The position numbers and the translations under genes are program-made. A model generated the notes under the pieces. It was not told where the DNA came from. It ran no database searches and was given only the letters and a program-made list of their open reading frames with translations. This document shows positions 39,227 to 58,632 of a DNA stretch of 64,000 bases, piece by piece. The stretch's first letter is position 1. Each line of letters starts with the position of its first letter. The stretch spans positions 1,225,932 to 1,289,931 of the forward strand of contig RHPI01002090.1 in NCBI GenBank assembly GCA_009103225.1. The letters run 5' to 3'. This stretch comes from Chlorokybus atmophyticus. Taxonomy: Eukaryota; Plantae; Mesostigma and Chlorokybus algae.

Positions 39227-40549
39227 ATGACGGTGAAGAAGGTCAAGTTGAAGTCCTCGGACGATGAGCTCTTTGAGGTGGACGAGGAGGTGGCCTTTGA
39301 GTCTCAGACCGTGAAGAACATGATCGAAGGTGAGTTGTCACTCCACTGCTACAAAGCGCCGTTGTTTTTGTGCTTTTACTGCTAGGAGCAAAATTACACT
39401 CTGCCCTTGCCCGAATGACTGCTGGCAAAGCAGTCTGTCTGCGTCAGTGTGACTGTGTCGCTGCGCATGTGACATCTGCTGCCTTGGCTGTTGTTTGCCG
39501 TCGCTCTCGCCATCTATTCGGGTGAATTGTGTTCTGCATGAGGTGCACCTGCTGCCTACATTGAGGCAGTCGGCATTGGTTCCCCACAATACGTCTCATC
39601 CCATGCTCACAACAATTGTTTGACGCGGTCATCACCATTCGCACTCGTCGTGTTAACACCCCCTGCGCGGTCAAGCTGCTTCAATAAGCACTAGGCAGAC
39701 TGGGCAGCGTTTTGCTGTGCATGTGGCATATGATGAGGGCTGTTTTCATTATTGCAGTGTTGGCAGAGTTTGTTTCTCTGCTGTGCGGCACTTGCTGTAC
39801 GTCATGCAACGTTGTGTTGCAGACACTGGCGCGGACGCCCCTGTGCCTTTGCCCAATGTTACCAGCAAAATCCTTGTGAAGGTCATCGAATACTGCAAGT
39901 ATCACGTAGAGTCGAGGCCCGGTGAAGAGAAGAACGCCCCCACCGAAGAGGAGATCAAGAACTGGGATCAGGAGTTTGTGAAAGTGGACCAAGGCACGCT
40001 ATTTGAGTTGATCCTGGTAAGCGTGAGTTTTGAAGCTGAAGTAAATACAATTCGCCATTCCAATCTGCTGCAGAAGCATGCGTACTCACCAATGCTTATG
40101 GCAAACCCTTTGGGTATTTCTCGCGTTGCAATGTTGTGAATCCAGTATGCAGAACAGCAATTGCAGTCAGGGTGTCCCCCTTTGCGTTGCATAATCATTG
40201 GGCATCATGCAGGCTGCAAACTATCTGAATATCAAGAGCTTGCTGGATTTGACATGCAGTACCGTGGCCGCCATGATCAAAGGTTGGTGCCAGAATGCTA
40301 TTAGTACAGCCCATTGCATGGAGTACTTACATGCTGACTGCAGGCAAAACACCTGAGGAGATCAGAAAAACGTTCAACATAAAGAATGACTTCACACCCG
40401 AGGAAGAAGAGGAAGTCCGACGCGAAAACCAATGGTAAGTTTGCCCAGGACATCACACTGACTGAACATCTCAAGGGTCCAGTTGGTAACATGTTTTATT
40501 CAGTTTTGAAACTTCTTATTTGCCTATCTGTTGCAGGGCGTTCGAGTGA
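39227..40549 (+). CDS. SKP1: SKP1 (SCF adaptor)
   Basis: [84 protein letters not shown]. Confidence 0.98.
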
Positions 40550-41335
40550 ACTGCTCCACTACAGCTAAAGTAGCTAGGCCGGATGCTGTACAGTTGTTGT
40601 AGCCCACTTCTCCTCTCGTTGACCCAGCTGCCAATCTCATGCTTGCCCGCGTTGTTGACGTTGCATTTTGGCTAATTCAGAATTGGTTTTGATATTGGTA
40701 TGCGCTGTTGGTCATCAAGTAGTAGTCTAGACTATGAGGTTCGTCTGGCGACCTAGTGTTGCCAGTTGCTGCAGCTCAGTGCCGTTAGCTGCATGGGCAA
40801 TACACCTGCAGCTTGTCTGCGGCAAATGTCTGCATGCATGTTAAAATGCAAAGTATGCACATGTGGCATGAAATATGATTTCAGTAGCTGCTCGCTGTGC
40901 TTCTGTGCAGTGACTATTTGCGCTGTTGTTCGCCAACACAGGCAGAGGAAACTGCAGCCTAACTGAGTGAATGCTGCCATGTTGAGTGGCATGGGCATCT
41001 GCAGCTAGCAGCGAATTGCGAGGTTGCTGATGGGTGTAGTTAGCTGCGTATGGCTTGTGAGACGATGCATCCAACATAGGCCTATGTATGCGGTGCCACG
41101 CTAACCCTTGCTGCTACATCCAAGCACACGTCACAACCCGCACGTGAAGCAGCCAATTCGCTGGCAGGGATTCACACCTTATCAAAACCATTACAGCAAT
41201 GCGCTTCTATTTCGGTTGTGTGAGTGGCGCTGCCATCTCCCTTTCTCTACCTTTGGCTTGGCTGTTCGTGCGTGTTTCAACCTTTTTGCTTCTGCTTGCG
41301 TGCCACCTTGTACGTTGCACATAGCCCCAAACACG

Positions 41336-41994
<659 letters not shown>

Positions 41995-42711
41995 CAACAA
42001 GCTGCACATGACAGTGCCAATTTGAAGCCCCCAAGTCAGGAGTGGTGGCAGATGAACCCAGCTGCGAGGGTGACGCTGATGGCGCGCTTGGGCATGCTCT
42101 CCTTATGTCCGTCGTATCTGTGTACAGCAATGGCAAGCGTACGTTGCAGAATACGCATTGTGTTACGCACACAGGCACCGAGTAGGAGTAAGGGACTGCA
42201 TGTATGCGTGATGCTCCAGGCAGGCAATACGAGACCGCCCATCGCATGGCTTCGCTGCTGCAACGAAGCTGCACCACTGCGCAACTGCCTGCTCGAATTG
42301 CTTACTGTGCCTGCGTGCAGCTGTCTACTGCGCCGCTGTGCGCGACTGACACTTGCACAAGGTGTGTCTTGTCTGAGTGGCTGCATGCGCAGGTGTGTGG
42401 TATGCTCTACGATTTGCAGAGCATACGCAACCTCCCATTGCAGATGCACTATCGCACTTCAGCTTTGGGCAGCACTGGACACTCGACAATGTTGGGTCAA
42501 CAGTTGCATGCACAGTAACACCGTTGTGACTGAAGCGAGCCTGTGGCGGTGCGGGGCACACCGTCTTATCAAGCTGGCGGCGGCGCCAAAGAGGTGGCCT
42601 GCAGGTGACTCAGGCAGAGAGCAGGAGAACGTAAGGTGGGAATTCACCAGCTGTGGGAGCGTCTCCTTGGCGTTGCTTGCTGTTCACACAATCACGCACG
42701 CATACCCATAC

Positions 42712-43902
42712 ATGGCCTTGGAGCTGGCGTCGTGGCCTGCTGTCGTGGCCGCCCTTGCCGCCGCCGCCATCCTCGCCGCACTGCTCGCTTTGCTTCTGCC
42801 CGGCTCAGGCAAGATCAGTGGGGCTTGCGCTGTCGTCTGCTTGCCTCGTCCTTGTTCTACCCCAATTGTCATGCACAGCGGACCAGCAGAACCATGCAGC
42901 GTGCCTTGTTCAGTGTGCAGCAGCTTGCATGTCTCGTCTGCATCTGCAAGACGAAGTTACAGCAATTAGAGAACAACAACGAGATCTTGAAGCACTTCCC
43001 TTCTCAAGCTGAGTCGCAAGCTGATTGTTGTTACTTTTCAACTGCTGCTGCTGATCAACATCTCTACCCTTGTTGTTCTCGTCGTGTCACTGTAAGCACC
43101 GCTTCGAGTTCATAAATATTGAGTTCATAAATAGATCACACAATAATGCTATCGCGTGAAAAGCTAGTACCATGACACACTGAGCAATGGCTTCTCTCTT
43201 GTTGCGTTCTTTCATGCCAAAGGTACCTGATCCAAAGTGCGTTGTGTAACGCCATTGCCATCCACAGGCAAGCCCGCACAGAAGCTCGCTGCGTCCTCGG
43301 TAAAGCGTGCAGAGCAAGCTGCCAAGGTGCGTAACCGAATTCGCGGACACGCACAAACACATACGTTGATGCGTATGCCATCACAGGCAGGCATTCAGTG
43401 TAGCTGATTTGCGATCAATCTCACTGTGCACAGCCGTTGAAGAAGTACACGGTTGCGGAGGTGGCGCAGCACAACAAAGAGAATGATTGCTGGCTTATAG
43501 TGGACGGCAAGGTGCGTGCGTTGATTGTTGCTCAGTGCTTAGCGTGCATGTATCGGTCAGCATCCCAGACAATCACAGCTCAATGGGAGCATGCAATGCT
43601 GGGCCTTACCTAGCAAGTATTGTCTTGCAGGTGTATGATGTCACAGCTTTTGTTGAAATCCATCCAGGTGGGGACGCAATACTCAACAATGCAGGCGCAG
43701 ACTCCTCAAAGGGTTTCCATGGGTATGTGGATCTGCCAGGCTCACGTCCAACGTTGGCATAGTCAGCACAATTGCAAGTGCCTTAAGGGTATCGCATTTC
43801 TTGTCTTGTCGCTGTTGCTTGATATGAACTCTGTGCAGGCCGCAGCATCCGTCGAGCACGCTGGACTTGATTGAGGAGTACCTCATCGGGGAGCTGCAAT
43901 GA
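42712..43902 (+). CDS. N-terminally anchored cytochrome b5-like heme protein
   Basis: N-terminal hydrophobic helix; KYTVAEVAQHNKENDCWLIVDGKVYDVTAFVEIHPGGDAIL...AGADSSKGFHGPQH...EEYLIGEL with both heme His; the first intron requires a GC donor at 42809. Confidence 0.92.
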
Positions 43903-44874
43903 TTCTTGAGCTGCTTCACAGTGTGGCAGAAGTATTTGTCAGCGAACAGAAACACACATGCATATGGCGGCTATAGCCAGAACACAAGGAGGAACTGTTG
44001 CAGCACACAGTGGCCGATTAGGCTATTTGCAACAGCAAACCAGCGCCAACAACAGCAGCTACAACGTGTCAAAGTAGTAGCTGTACATTATGACGAAGCA
44101 TTACAAGTGTCTGCAGATGTGGGATGTTGCCATTCAAAGAACGGTCCAAAACTCATGCAATTGTTTGACTTTTTGCGGATTAGAGCAGCGAGTGGCCACC
44201 CAACAGCTGTTTGTCGCCAAGTTTGCTGGGTTTGCTGCCTCAGCTCGCATTGAACATGACACAATTTGCAAACAAAAAATTGATCCAGCGAGTGCGCACG
44301 CCCTTGCCTCACCAAACACATCCTCAACTGCAGCAACTACCCACCATGGCAGTGCTGCATCTGCGTCCATCTGGTTGTCAAAAGTCCGGTTGTCTCTGCA
44401 AATGGACGCCCCGCAGCAGCTGTCACTGCAGTGGGAGTTCAGCATATGCTGGGCCTGAGTGTTCATGTCAAGGCAGGCTCGTGAGGTTGCATGCACTACC
44501 CAGTCCTGCATTCCAAGGATGCACAGTTCAGATAAAAAGACAGATGCATACAAGCTGTCGAACTTATGTAAACCAGGTGTTTGCAATCAATGAGTTGGTA
44601 GCGCAGCAACAAGAAACAGTGCATACAGCCCTGCTTAGCCACAAAATCCCACCAGATATACTCGGGCTGTGCAAAAGTTCAGGTACTCGAGCCTGTGCCC
44701 TGCCTCGGCTCGTGCATTGCACAGTACCATCGAAACCCAGCACTTCGCGCGGCTGATTTCACATCACTACATAGAGTCCAAAAACAGCTACCTAGGATAC
44801 GCAAAACCTTACTCCAGTATACCGCCATATATATGTACACGTAGTCCGCACGGTTGAAGCCGCGCACTGCTTAC

Positions 44875-46697
44875 TTATACATCCATATCGGCGACTAGGT
44901 CTCCATCCCAGTCGCTTTCCATGCCGCTGGATCCCGTTGAGTCATCAACTGCGACCTTGCTGCAGACAAATAACTCATGAGAACAGAGACTTGCCATGGA
45001 CATAAGCCAGCAGCTGTGGCAGCATCCACCAGTATTACCTTATAGAGCGGCAGCTGAAGTAAAGGATGCGCTTCAGTTTCTTGTTGTAGAAGAAAAAGTT
45101 GAAGGACCATCTGAACAGTACAGCGGTGACAGTTAGAAAGGGTTGTGCTGAACACCACAGGGTTTGGGTGACTGAAGAAAATGACCAAACTCTGCACTCA
45201 CATGCTGCCTTCTTCGCCGAATGGATCACCATCCCTGTCGCAGTTGTAGCTGTAGACATCGCAGTCAACAACATCAATGACCTGAGAGTGTCGAGTTGTT
45301 GATTAGTCACCGCATCAAGATGTACACCACGGACAAGCCAGGGTGTTGCAAAGGGCAAACCTGGTCGACGGCAGTCCAAAGAACTTCAAGAAGCGGCTGC
45401 TCGCAATCTCCTCGCGATGCATCCCACACCTGTGCATGGCCTCAACTTGCATCAGGGGACTGTGCACGATGCCTACTGTTGACAGAGTTGCTCTTGTGTC
45501 ATCAGCGCACCTTGGCTGTTTCCAACAGCAGCTGGTCTACCGTTTGTTTGGCAGCAGCAATGGACCCCAGCTTGACAAAGTGATGCGCTCGGAGGTTGCT
45601 GTTGGCAGGCAGCAATCACGGTGCATGCATGACGGTTAGCTGTTTGAAGTGCTTGGTGGCAAAGCTGCACTCAAGCCTACCAAGACTCTAGTGACAAGGC
45701 GACCAGCAGACAAATGCTGTATGGCAATAACTACATGCTATGACCCAAGTGGGAAGTGGAGAGGATCGAACTCCCGACTCCAAAGGAGTAACGGTCCAAG
45801 ACCGTCTGTCATCCGCGTGACAGCACTTCCACTCGACACTAACTGCGTTGACAAGCAAAGCAAATGGCCGCACAGCATTGTTGCGCAAGCGCTGCTGCGT
45901 TGGGCCTGCCTTGCTGGACAAGCAACGACTGCCCCTATGTAGGTGTGCAGACCATGGGCCTCGAGCCAGCCCGGGCTGACACACCTGCCTACGTACAAGA
46001 TGCAGACCCCAGCGTGCACTCAGGCAGAGACCGACTAGCCAGCAAACAGCCTTAGACCAGAGTGGAAGCCATGCTGGGTTTGGCAATACCCACCTGAAGT
46101 CATAGTCCGGATACATGTGATTGAGCGTCAGGATAAGGTAAATGAGAGTTCTGCGGCTGCAAGGGAGCACGCAAAGCTTTAGTTCAATGCAGGGAACAGT
46201 TGCTGCTGGCTGCGGAACCTACACCGGCACCACTCAAGCCTCCTCGGAGTGTGCGGCAGAGGCTTCCTTGCACAACCTGCAGGAGGTGCCCTGGCTGAAT
46301 GCAAGCTCACCTAGAGGACTCCGTGAGAGGCCCTAGCGGTGAACAGGCCATCTCCTGCGGTGACGCTGACGACATTGAGTCCATAACCTGCACGACACAA
46401 CAGAACCACCACTCAGCTTGGGCAGACGGTCACAAGGCAGTGAGGCTTCAACCACAAGACAAGCAGCCCACCTCTTGCTCCAGACTCCGCGAAAGTTTCT
46501 TGTCAATGCCCGCAAGCTTGCCTGCAGCACAATATATCAGCTTGCCACAGAAGGCAAGCACTGCAGCTGCTTGCGTTCATCCAACTGCGCTTACATGAGT
46601 AGGCTTCCAGGCCGCCTTCAATGAGGCAGTCGCCCACGTCGACGCTCTTCAAGAAAGCGTCCAACTTGGAAAGAGGAGTATACTCCAAGAACTTCAT
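44875..46697 (-). CDS. MAF1: RNA polymerase III repressor Maf1
   Basis: MKFLEYTPL...LEAYSCK, LIYLILTLNHMYPDYDF, WSFNFFFYNKKLKRI, acidic tail ending ADMDV. Confidence 0.96.
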
Positions 46698-47469
46698 GGC
46701 TTTCCGTACCAAGGCGGTCGGCTGCTGCAGCTAAGCTGTCGAAGGGGGCGGGAAACACGGCACTAACACACACAAACTCTAGCTTGTACCACCAGCTCAA
46801 CAACTTAAGCGTTGACCTCCAGCCAGCCAGTGAGAGGGAGGGGCAGACCTACTACAGCACTCGCAGCTTGACGAAACCCCGGACTGCCTGAACTGCAGCC
46901 TTCGCAGACCCATTCCACACGGCAAAGCCACCAGCACACAGACCCTGTCACCCCTCTCACCCGGCTCGCTCGTCTGCTCCCACCCGCGCCCAGCCCCACA
47001 GCCACGCCCACGCCCACGACGCCCGCAACTACACCCACAGCTCAACCCTCGCCTGCAGGGCTCAGCCTGCCAACTTGCCGACCCGTACCGATCCGCAGCT
47101 AGCAAACCGAAAATGCGAGCCGACTAACGTGGGGAGCGCGCAGGCCGCTCAAACCGGACAAAACGAGGCGATTCCTGTTGCAATGTTTGTTTCGGGAGCA
47201 TCAAACTGAATGTTGATACTTGAGTGTTGGCGAATACTTTCAGCTCACGGCATTCCATGGAGAGTTCCCGTCATATTTGGGGCGGTCGGATTTTGGCAAC
47301 TTTTGCCCAAAAGAGGAGCGTGCGCGCGAGCGGCGCGAGCGGCGTGAGCGCACTGGTGGCGCACTGGTGCGCAGTCTGATCCCTATTGTCGCGATTCGGG
47401 TTCCGTGGATCCTTGCAAGTTTTTGGACCGAGCGCAGTGTTCTGTTCTGTTTGCAGCCTGCAACCTTGA

Positions 47470-49100
<1,631 letters not shown>

Positions 49101-49322
49101 CACTACTGCTTGCAAACATTTAGTACATAGTGTTGTATAACGATTCACGATTGGCCGTCCTACTGTCGTTCGAAGTCCAATCCAATACAGATCGGACGGC
49201 TCGAACAGGATCCGTTGAGGCCGAGGTCCCTCGGCTGCGATGAGGAAGCCGCGCTGCGCTGCGCGGTTGCCGTCAACGGTTAGGGTTGTTGTAGCGCAGT
49301 GTCCCGCGCAGCGACGGCGGCG

Positions 49323-51450
49323 ATGACGATGGCGACAGGTCTCCGCCAGGAACGCAGGAGCAGGGTGCTTATCGCCTTGCTGCTTGCTGTGCTCCTGACT
49401 GCCGGCTGCTTCTTCGCTCGTAAGCGCTGCGCCCGCGCATTTGTGCATGTCTGCGTGCACCTTGCTTTTCTTGCTGCGTGATGCTGTCGTCGGCTTTGAG
49501 CACTATGTGCTTGCGCTTTTCTTGCATTGTCTAGTGTGTCAAGCTCCCTGAAGCCTGCAGTTCCACTACAAGCCCGTGTCCATGGTTCATGCAATCGTCG
49601 CTGCGCATTGTGCTTCGCAAGTGCTGCTCCCTTGCTCACATTGCCTGTTGTGTGTGCTGCTGGCAAAGCTTGGCACGCCGTTCATGGTTGATCGTGCGTC
49701 GTCATGCTATTGCAGCCGCCCGTGCGGAAGTTGACGACGAGGATGAGATCATCACCCCCGGCGCAGCTGCCGCTGCCGCAGCAGCAGGGTCTCAGGTGCC
49801 CCCTGCACGGCCTCAGCCGAGATACCCGCTGGAGTATGAGCTGCCGCCAGCCAAAGAAGGCATTGACACGGTTGCTATCTTCCCAAACAACCCCAATAAG
49901 TGTAAGCAGTTGAAAATGGTGTGCCAATTGTACAGCACGCCCTTGCATGCTGGCAAAATTGCATGTCACACTTGACAGCACGTACTCCTTTTGGCGCACG
50001 CTGGTATAGTGCTTCCAATGTGTATCTCTGGATTAAAAAGTGATAAAAACAAAACAATCGTGTTGCGACGACGATGCGCATGCTCGGCTCTCCACCACCA
50101 CTACATTGTTTCCATGCAATTGCATGGGATGAAGCTACGTGAGTTTCCAGCTGACAAGTGACTTGCTTGCAGACGCTCCAGCTGGATCACCAGTGGAAAT
50201 GGTTGTAGGCGTTCACAACGGAGGTGAGAGTTGGGCAATGGGCTTATGCACATTGCACGCTTCATCCAGTCCAGCAACAGGACGTTCCGCGTGCACTACT
50301 TTGTTCAGTGCCATGCACGCTGAGTTTTGCTGCAAACCCATTCTGATTAGCACATGCACAGATCATGTACAGCCTCATTCTTCAACACGATGTTGACCGT
50401 CCACCAGCATGAAATGCCTGTGCGATGCAGGTGATGAATCGGTTCTCCTTCACATTATCGCTGCAGCGCTTAAGCATCCAATGGACCAGAGGGTCATGAT
50501 TCAAAACTTCACCGTGCGGGTGAGTCATTCCCGCTCATCGTTGTCGATGTGTGTGAAGGTCTGCAGGTGTATGTAATGTGGCGAGTGCATGCTGATGTGT
50601 TTCTTTTCCCAGAACTACAGTGTGGAAGTGGGCCCTGGGGAGCAGACATCTCTTAGCTACAACTTTGCTGTGGACGCAAACCTGCAGGTGTGTGCGCATT
50701 ACAGATCTGGGAGTTGGTTTATGCATGCAAACATTCCTTACAACCGCTTGTCTTCAGCCGCGAGTGTTCCCGCTACAAGCAACACTTTTCTACACTGGCG
50801 AGGTAACTTGGCATGGCACACAAAGCCAGCTTTGCCACTTTTGGCTGCAATACGAGCTCCTACATGGTTTCCAACATATGTGCATTACTTGCGCAGGACG
50901 GAACGCCATATACTTCAACGTTTTTCAATAACACCATTGAAGTGATTGAGCCGGAAGGCCTCTTCGACACACAGACGTTCTTCCTTTATGTCATGGCGGC
51001 GGGTGTTGGAGCCTTGATCGCGTCATATCTGTGGGGTTGGGCACAGAAGTTCAGGAGTTTGGGAGGAAGGGTATGCAGTCTCAGAATATGCCTGTTCTCA
51101 CATGCATGCGCAGATGGTTGTAAAGTTGGGCTTACACTCCAATTGCCGCATATACAGAAACATAGGACGAAGCCTGCAACAAGTCAGAAAACAGTGGAGA
51201 CTGGCACTGGCAGCAGGTCAGAAGACCTGGACAACGAGTGGCTACAGGTAACCAAAGCTTCGCTGTTGTGTCAGCTGTTGGCAGCTCGAGTTGCTTACTC
51301 ATGCAAACACAAGCAGCATGCAAGAATGAAGTGAATTGAAGGGCTATCGGACACATGCCATACACTACTGATATGGGTGTGTGACAGGGCACATCACTTG
51401 ACAAGAAGTTGCAAGCAGCAGCTAGCGCCAAGAAGAAGAAGAGCAAGTAG
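49323..51450 (+). CDS. SSR1: Translocon-associated protein alpha
   Basis: Signal peptide, acidic stretch, FPAGSPVEMVVGVHNGG, IQNFTVRNYSVEVGPGEQTSLSYNF, TFFNNTIEVIEPEGLFDTQTFFLY + TM helix, VETGT...DNEWLQG, basic tail. Confidence 0.93.
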
Positions 51451-52511
51451 GTGCATACGGAGGTTGGATGGGGATGGGGATGTAGTCTTTCACATTGTGT
51501 TTTGCACAGCTCGTGGGTAGCTGCACGGACGGCAAGTCAACTAGTCACTAGATCTCCACCAGGGCGCTTGTGGAAGCGCAACCTGTACATGTGATGCCGT
51601 GTTGGTTGTTTGCATGTTTGGGAAAAGAGTGAAATGTTCTCTTGGCAACTGCAATCCGTGGTTGCTGTGACAATTTGCAAAGCATGCGGCAGTCGAGCGC
51701 CGCATTGCACACGCATGTGATTACACAAGGCGGCAACAGCTGATCAAAATTTTGTACATGTGCTACTGGCAGTTGTGCATGCACCATCACTCACCTAGCG
51801 GGCTGTAGTTGTCTGATTGTATAGTTCAAACTAGGAACCATTAGGTCTAGTCTACCAACCGCCGGTTTGTGTTTGGGTCTGTGAGTCCTATGTGCTACTG
51901 CAGATGCCCTAAGCACAGCCACCAGCACATTCTAGCATACCATCTCTGGTACACATGCAGCTTGCATGTAATTGCAACGCTCTGTAATTGCCACCAGCAC
52001 ATGAAGGATGTGCAACAAAGGTTCTCCAGCATCACAACGAGCTGGCAAGAATCCTGTACCTCTCCTTGCAGCATGGCCTCAATGTTGCACTGTTCACGGC
52101 AGTATATGTAAAAAGACTTTTGAATATGCTCATGAGACGGTTGATTGAGTATGGTTCTTGCAATGTGAAGTGGGGTGTTGCCAGTGGCCTCCCTGCATAC
52201 CAGAGTGTCATACTGAAGCAAGCAGCGTTCAAGCAACATTTGACGACCGGGAGCCTTCTGTTGAACGTGCTTCCACTCTCTTAACAGCCGTCATCGCCTA
52301 CACCGCCATCGGGCACATGTACCGCACTGTGTCACCGTGGTTGCCGCCAAAGCAGTGACAGGTACATCGTCACAACCTCAATTGTACTGGTAAGGCACGG
52401 CAGTCACAACCATAAAAGGACTTCATTAATGATGGCATCACAGCGCCCACGTAAGCTGTGACATGGTCTCTTTGTGCTACCAAGGGTGCCTCAAGCCTGT
52501 TCTGTCAATGC

Positions 52512-55775
<3,264 letters not shown>

Positions 55776-56364
55776 TGCCGTTGGCACCACCAGCACAAGC
55801 ACTCAGCAAGCTGACCACGGGCGTCATTCAGTCGCTTGATCTTAGTGTTTGGATCTATATGTAGAGGCAGAAGCAGCGGTCAGTGCGAGGCTCAGTATTG
55901 TGCTGTACCGAGCAGTGAGTGAAGCGCAGTCTGCACATCCTCGTAAAGGCATGCCAGGCCTACAAAGGCCTACTGGCATGCGCTTGCATGAACAGCGACA
56001 AGCGCCAGATGAAGGCTGCTCGCTTGGTTGTTCAGTGCGTCAATGCATGCGTGTGCCATTTCCCCATGTTTTGGCAAGCAGACTACATCGTTCACCAACT
56101 ACACCAGCAACCGTTGCAGCCGCATGTCTACACCGAGACATTGAGAACCAAAGCACTTGCAAGTGTGTTTTTTTTATTGATGTGCTTACTTGCTTGTGTT
56201 GACAGCTTTCATTGTAATAATAGTGACTATTACAACACTTTACAACAAGGAGTCAAAGCGCCTTTTGCTCACATGGCCTAATGGACATTACTTGTCGTCA
56301 TTCGGTTCGTTTGATGGCTCGAGGCACTAAGCAAGCTACTGTGCATTGACGAGTTGTTCAAGGG

Positions 56365-56940
56365 TCATATCACAAGTCTTTTACATTCGTTAAGCTCGTC
56401 TTGAACCTTCTTCAACTGCGGGTTCGCCATGGTTGCAAGTTTTTTACCATCCGCAATCAGCCGCCACCTAGTCTCCTCTGTTTTTCTCAGCACCCTTTGC
56501 AAGCGGTTCCTCTCATCATCCAAGGAGTTTCTGCCCTCCTGCTGCTTTTTCGTGGCCTCCTCGGCTTCGCGCAGGCGCTCAAGCAGGTTGGCATTCTGCT
56601 TTCATAGGCGGTTCGCCTCCTCAAGCGCCTTCTGCTGTATAGAGGCCATTTGCTGAAGCTGGCCTTGGAGCTTCTGCGCAGCGTCGTGCTCCTTTTGAGC
56701 GGCCTCCTTAGCTTTGCGCACGCGCTCACGCAAGCTCAGCATCACCTCCAAGCGTGCAACGGCTTTGCTGCTGCTTATCTCGCGCCGCAGCCTGTCTGGG
56801 GAGAGTGCTCCCTCCTCCCTTTAATTCCCTACCCCAACACCGCCACCAACCACGACGCCGCTACCGCCGCCGCCAGGGCAGCTGCCGAAGCAGAAGATGC
56901 CCTGGCTATGGCGGCCGCTGCGTTAGCAGCGCTGCCATGC
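56365..56940 (-). pseudogene. Decayed coiled-coil ORF
   Basis: ...VARLEVMLSLRERVRKAKEAAQKEHDAAQKLQGQLQQMASIQQKALEEANRL*KQNANLLERLREAEEATKKQQ...; internal TGA at about 56603-56605. Confidence 0.55.
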
Positions 56941-56942
56941 GG

Positions 56943-56989
56943 CTGATATCGACATGGGACTCGTGTCTCATGTCTCATGTCGATATCAG
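56943..56989. repeat. 18-bp inverted repeat hairpin
   Basis: CTGATATCGACATGGGAC / GTCTCATGTCGATATCAG with one mismatch; the 11-nt loop contains a duplicated GTCTCAT. Confidence 0.9.
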
Positions 56990-57149
56990 TGTTACAGATA
57001 AGTAGCACTACATTAGGGCCTTAACATAGGTTAACGGCCCCAATATGGCTTAATAGGCTGTATAATCCCGTTGGGACCCTTATTTAATCCTAAATAAGGG
57101 CGGGGAACCTCTATGGAGGTAGCACACCGTTACACAGCCTCACATTCTC

Positions 57150-58420
57150 GTTTTCTAGGCGTATCCTCTCTGAATTGATCCAGGACCACAAGTGCTGAAG
57201 CGCGTCCTCGCTCATCTTCTGAGTGGAGTCTTTTTTTGCCTGCCAAAGTCTTGCATTAAAGACGTCAACCTGTGCTTGGAGCTTTTGTGCTTATTCGGAG
57301 GGCTGCTGCTTCAACTGGTCAAGAACAATCTGCGATTTTTTTTGGCCTCTTCGGCGGTCGTATACTACTAACGTAGGCAGTCCTGCTCAGCAGTGGTGGC
57401 AACCAACTCTTCTGCTGCATCCTTACGCTGCTTGAGTGGAAGCGGCCAGTAGCTGTGCATTGGTGGTCTGTTGCGCCAGTGCACCCTTACCCCGCTTTGC
57501 AGCAGCCTGCTCCTCCAAGGCCAGCACCAAGTCTTCATCCAACTCGCTGATCCTGGTGAAGGCGGCCTTAGCGTAATCATCAATCCGCTTGCAGCGGGTG
57601 AGGTGCGCTTTCAAGGCAGGGTGTTTACCGCGCAGATGTTCAGCTTCTTCTCTCGCCAGCTTTGCACGCCGAGCATTAATTTCTCCCAGCTTTTGCAAAG
57701 TTTGTTGCAGCCGAAGTACGTGCTGGCTGTCATGCATTATAGCCCAATCCTGCTGCCTTTGTCGCTCAGCATTGGCTTCATTCAGAGCACCCTGCAGCTG
57801 TGGTATGCGCCCCCCGGCCTCCTCTCTCGCCTCCTTTTTCTGTGCAAGAGCCGCCTCCAGCTCTTGTATGCGCCCCCCGGCCTCCCTTTCGGCCATGCGC
57901 TCCTTTTCCAGCAACTTTGCATGCTCTTTGCTGGCCTTGGCAGCAACTGATAATTTCGCTATGTGGATGCATTTGACATCAGCGTTGGCGGATGCAACGT
58001 CCTGTGTGCTGGTAGATGCCTCTTGTAGGTGTTGTTTTTTTTAACATACCAAGTCAGAGCACAAACATGATAATGCGGCCTATGACACACACATAGCCAT
58101 ATATCGACTAATGCTGACTTGGGCCAAAAGTTACCTAAAATTGGAGTATTTGCTGTAGGAGGTTCTGAAGAACGCCTTCAGCCAACTTGGCTATGTTGCT
58201 GGCATTGGCGACTCCTAAACGTGCAGCAGCGATACCGTCTTTCAACTTTTGACATTGCTGCCTTTATGATCGCTGCTTTCATAATCGTTGGGTTTAACAC
58301 TGCCGTCTTCGTAATGATCGCCTCCCACAAATTTTTCACCACTGCCGCTTATATGATGACCATCAGCAGCACCTCCTGGAGTCCCTCCAACAGTTTAATG
58401 GCCACAGTCTAAGACATTTC
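57150..58420 (-). pseudogene. Decayed spliced coiled-coil gene
   Basis: MLEKERMAEREAGGRIQELEAALAQKKEAREEAGGRIPQLQGALNEAN... then AEQDCLR**YTT and QQPSE*AQKLQAQ; internal repeat EAGGRI; frameshifts. Confidence 0.55.
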
Positions 58421-58632
58421 TCTGCACTTCTTTGTGGTGGCTTGTCCGGAAAGATTAGAGGAACAGCAGGTCGCCCCGAAATCCCTCCCAATGCAACAGA
58501 GGCAAGAGCAGCATTAAAAGCAGCTTGAGAAGGATTGCTAGAGGTAGCCGTACCACCATAAGCAGCAGCAGCACTAGGAGGAGACGGACCAGGAGCAACA
58601 GCTAGAATGGATGGTCAAGGATGGTTGCACTC

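Noticed and set aside
44088-44756. Several 80-180 aa ORFs between cytochrome b5 and Maf1
   Set aside because: No recognisable domain or consistent splice model; probably convergent 3' UTRs.
51895-52239. GNTPLHIA ankyrin-like motif in a minus-strand ORF
   Set aside because: Single motif, no further repeats, and it lies in the probable 3' UTR of xylulose kinase.
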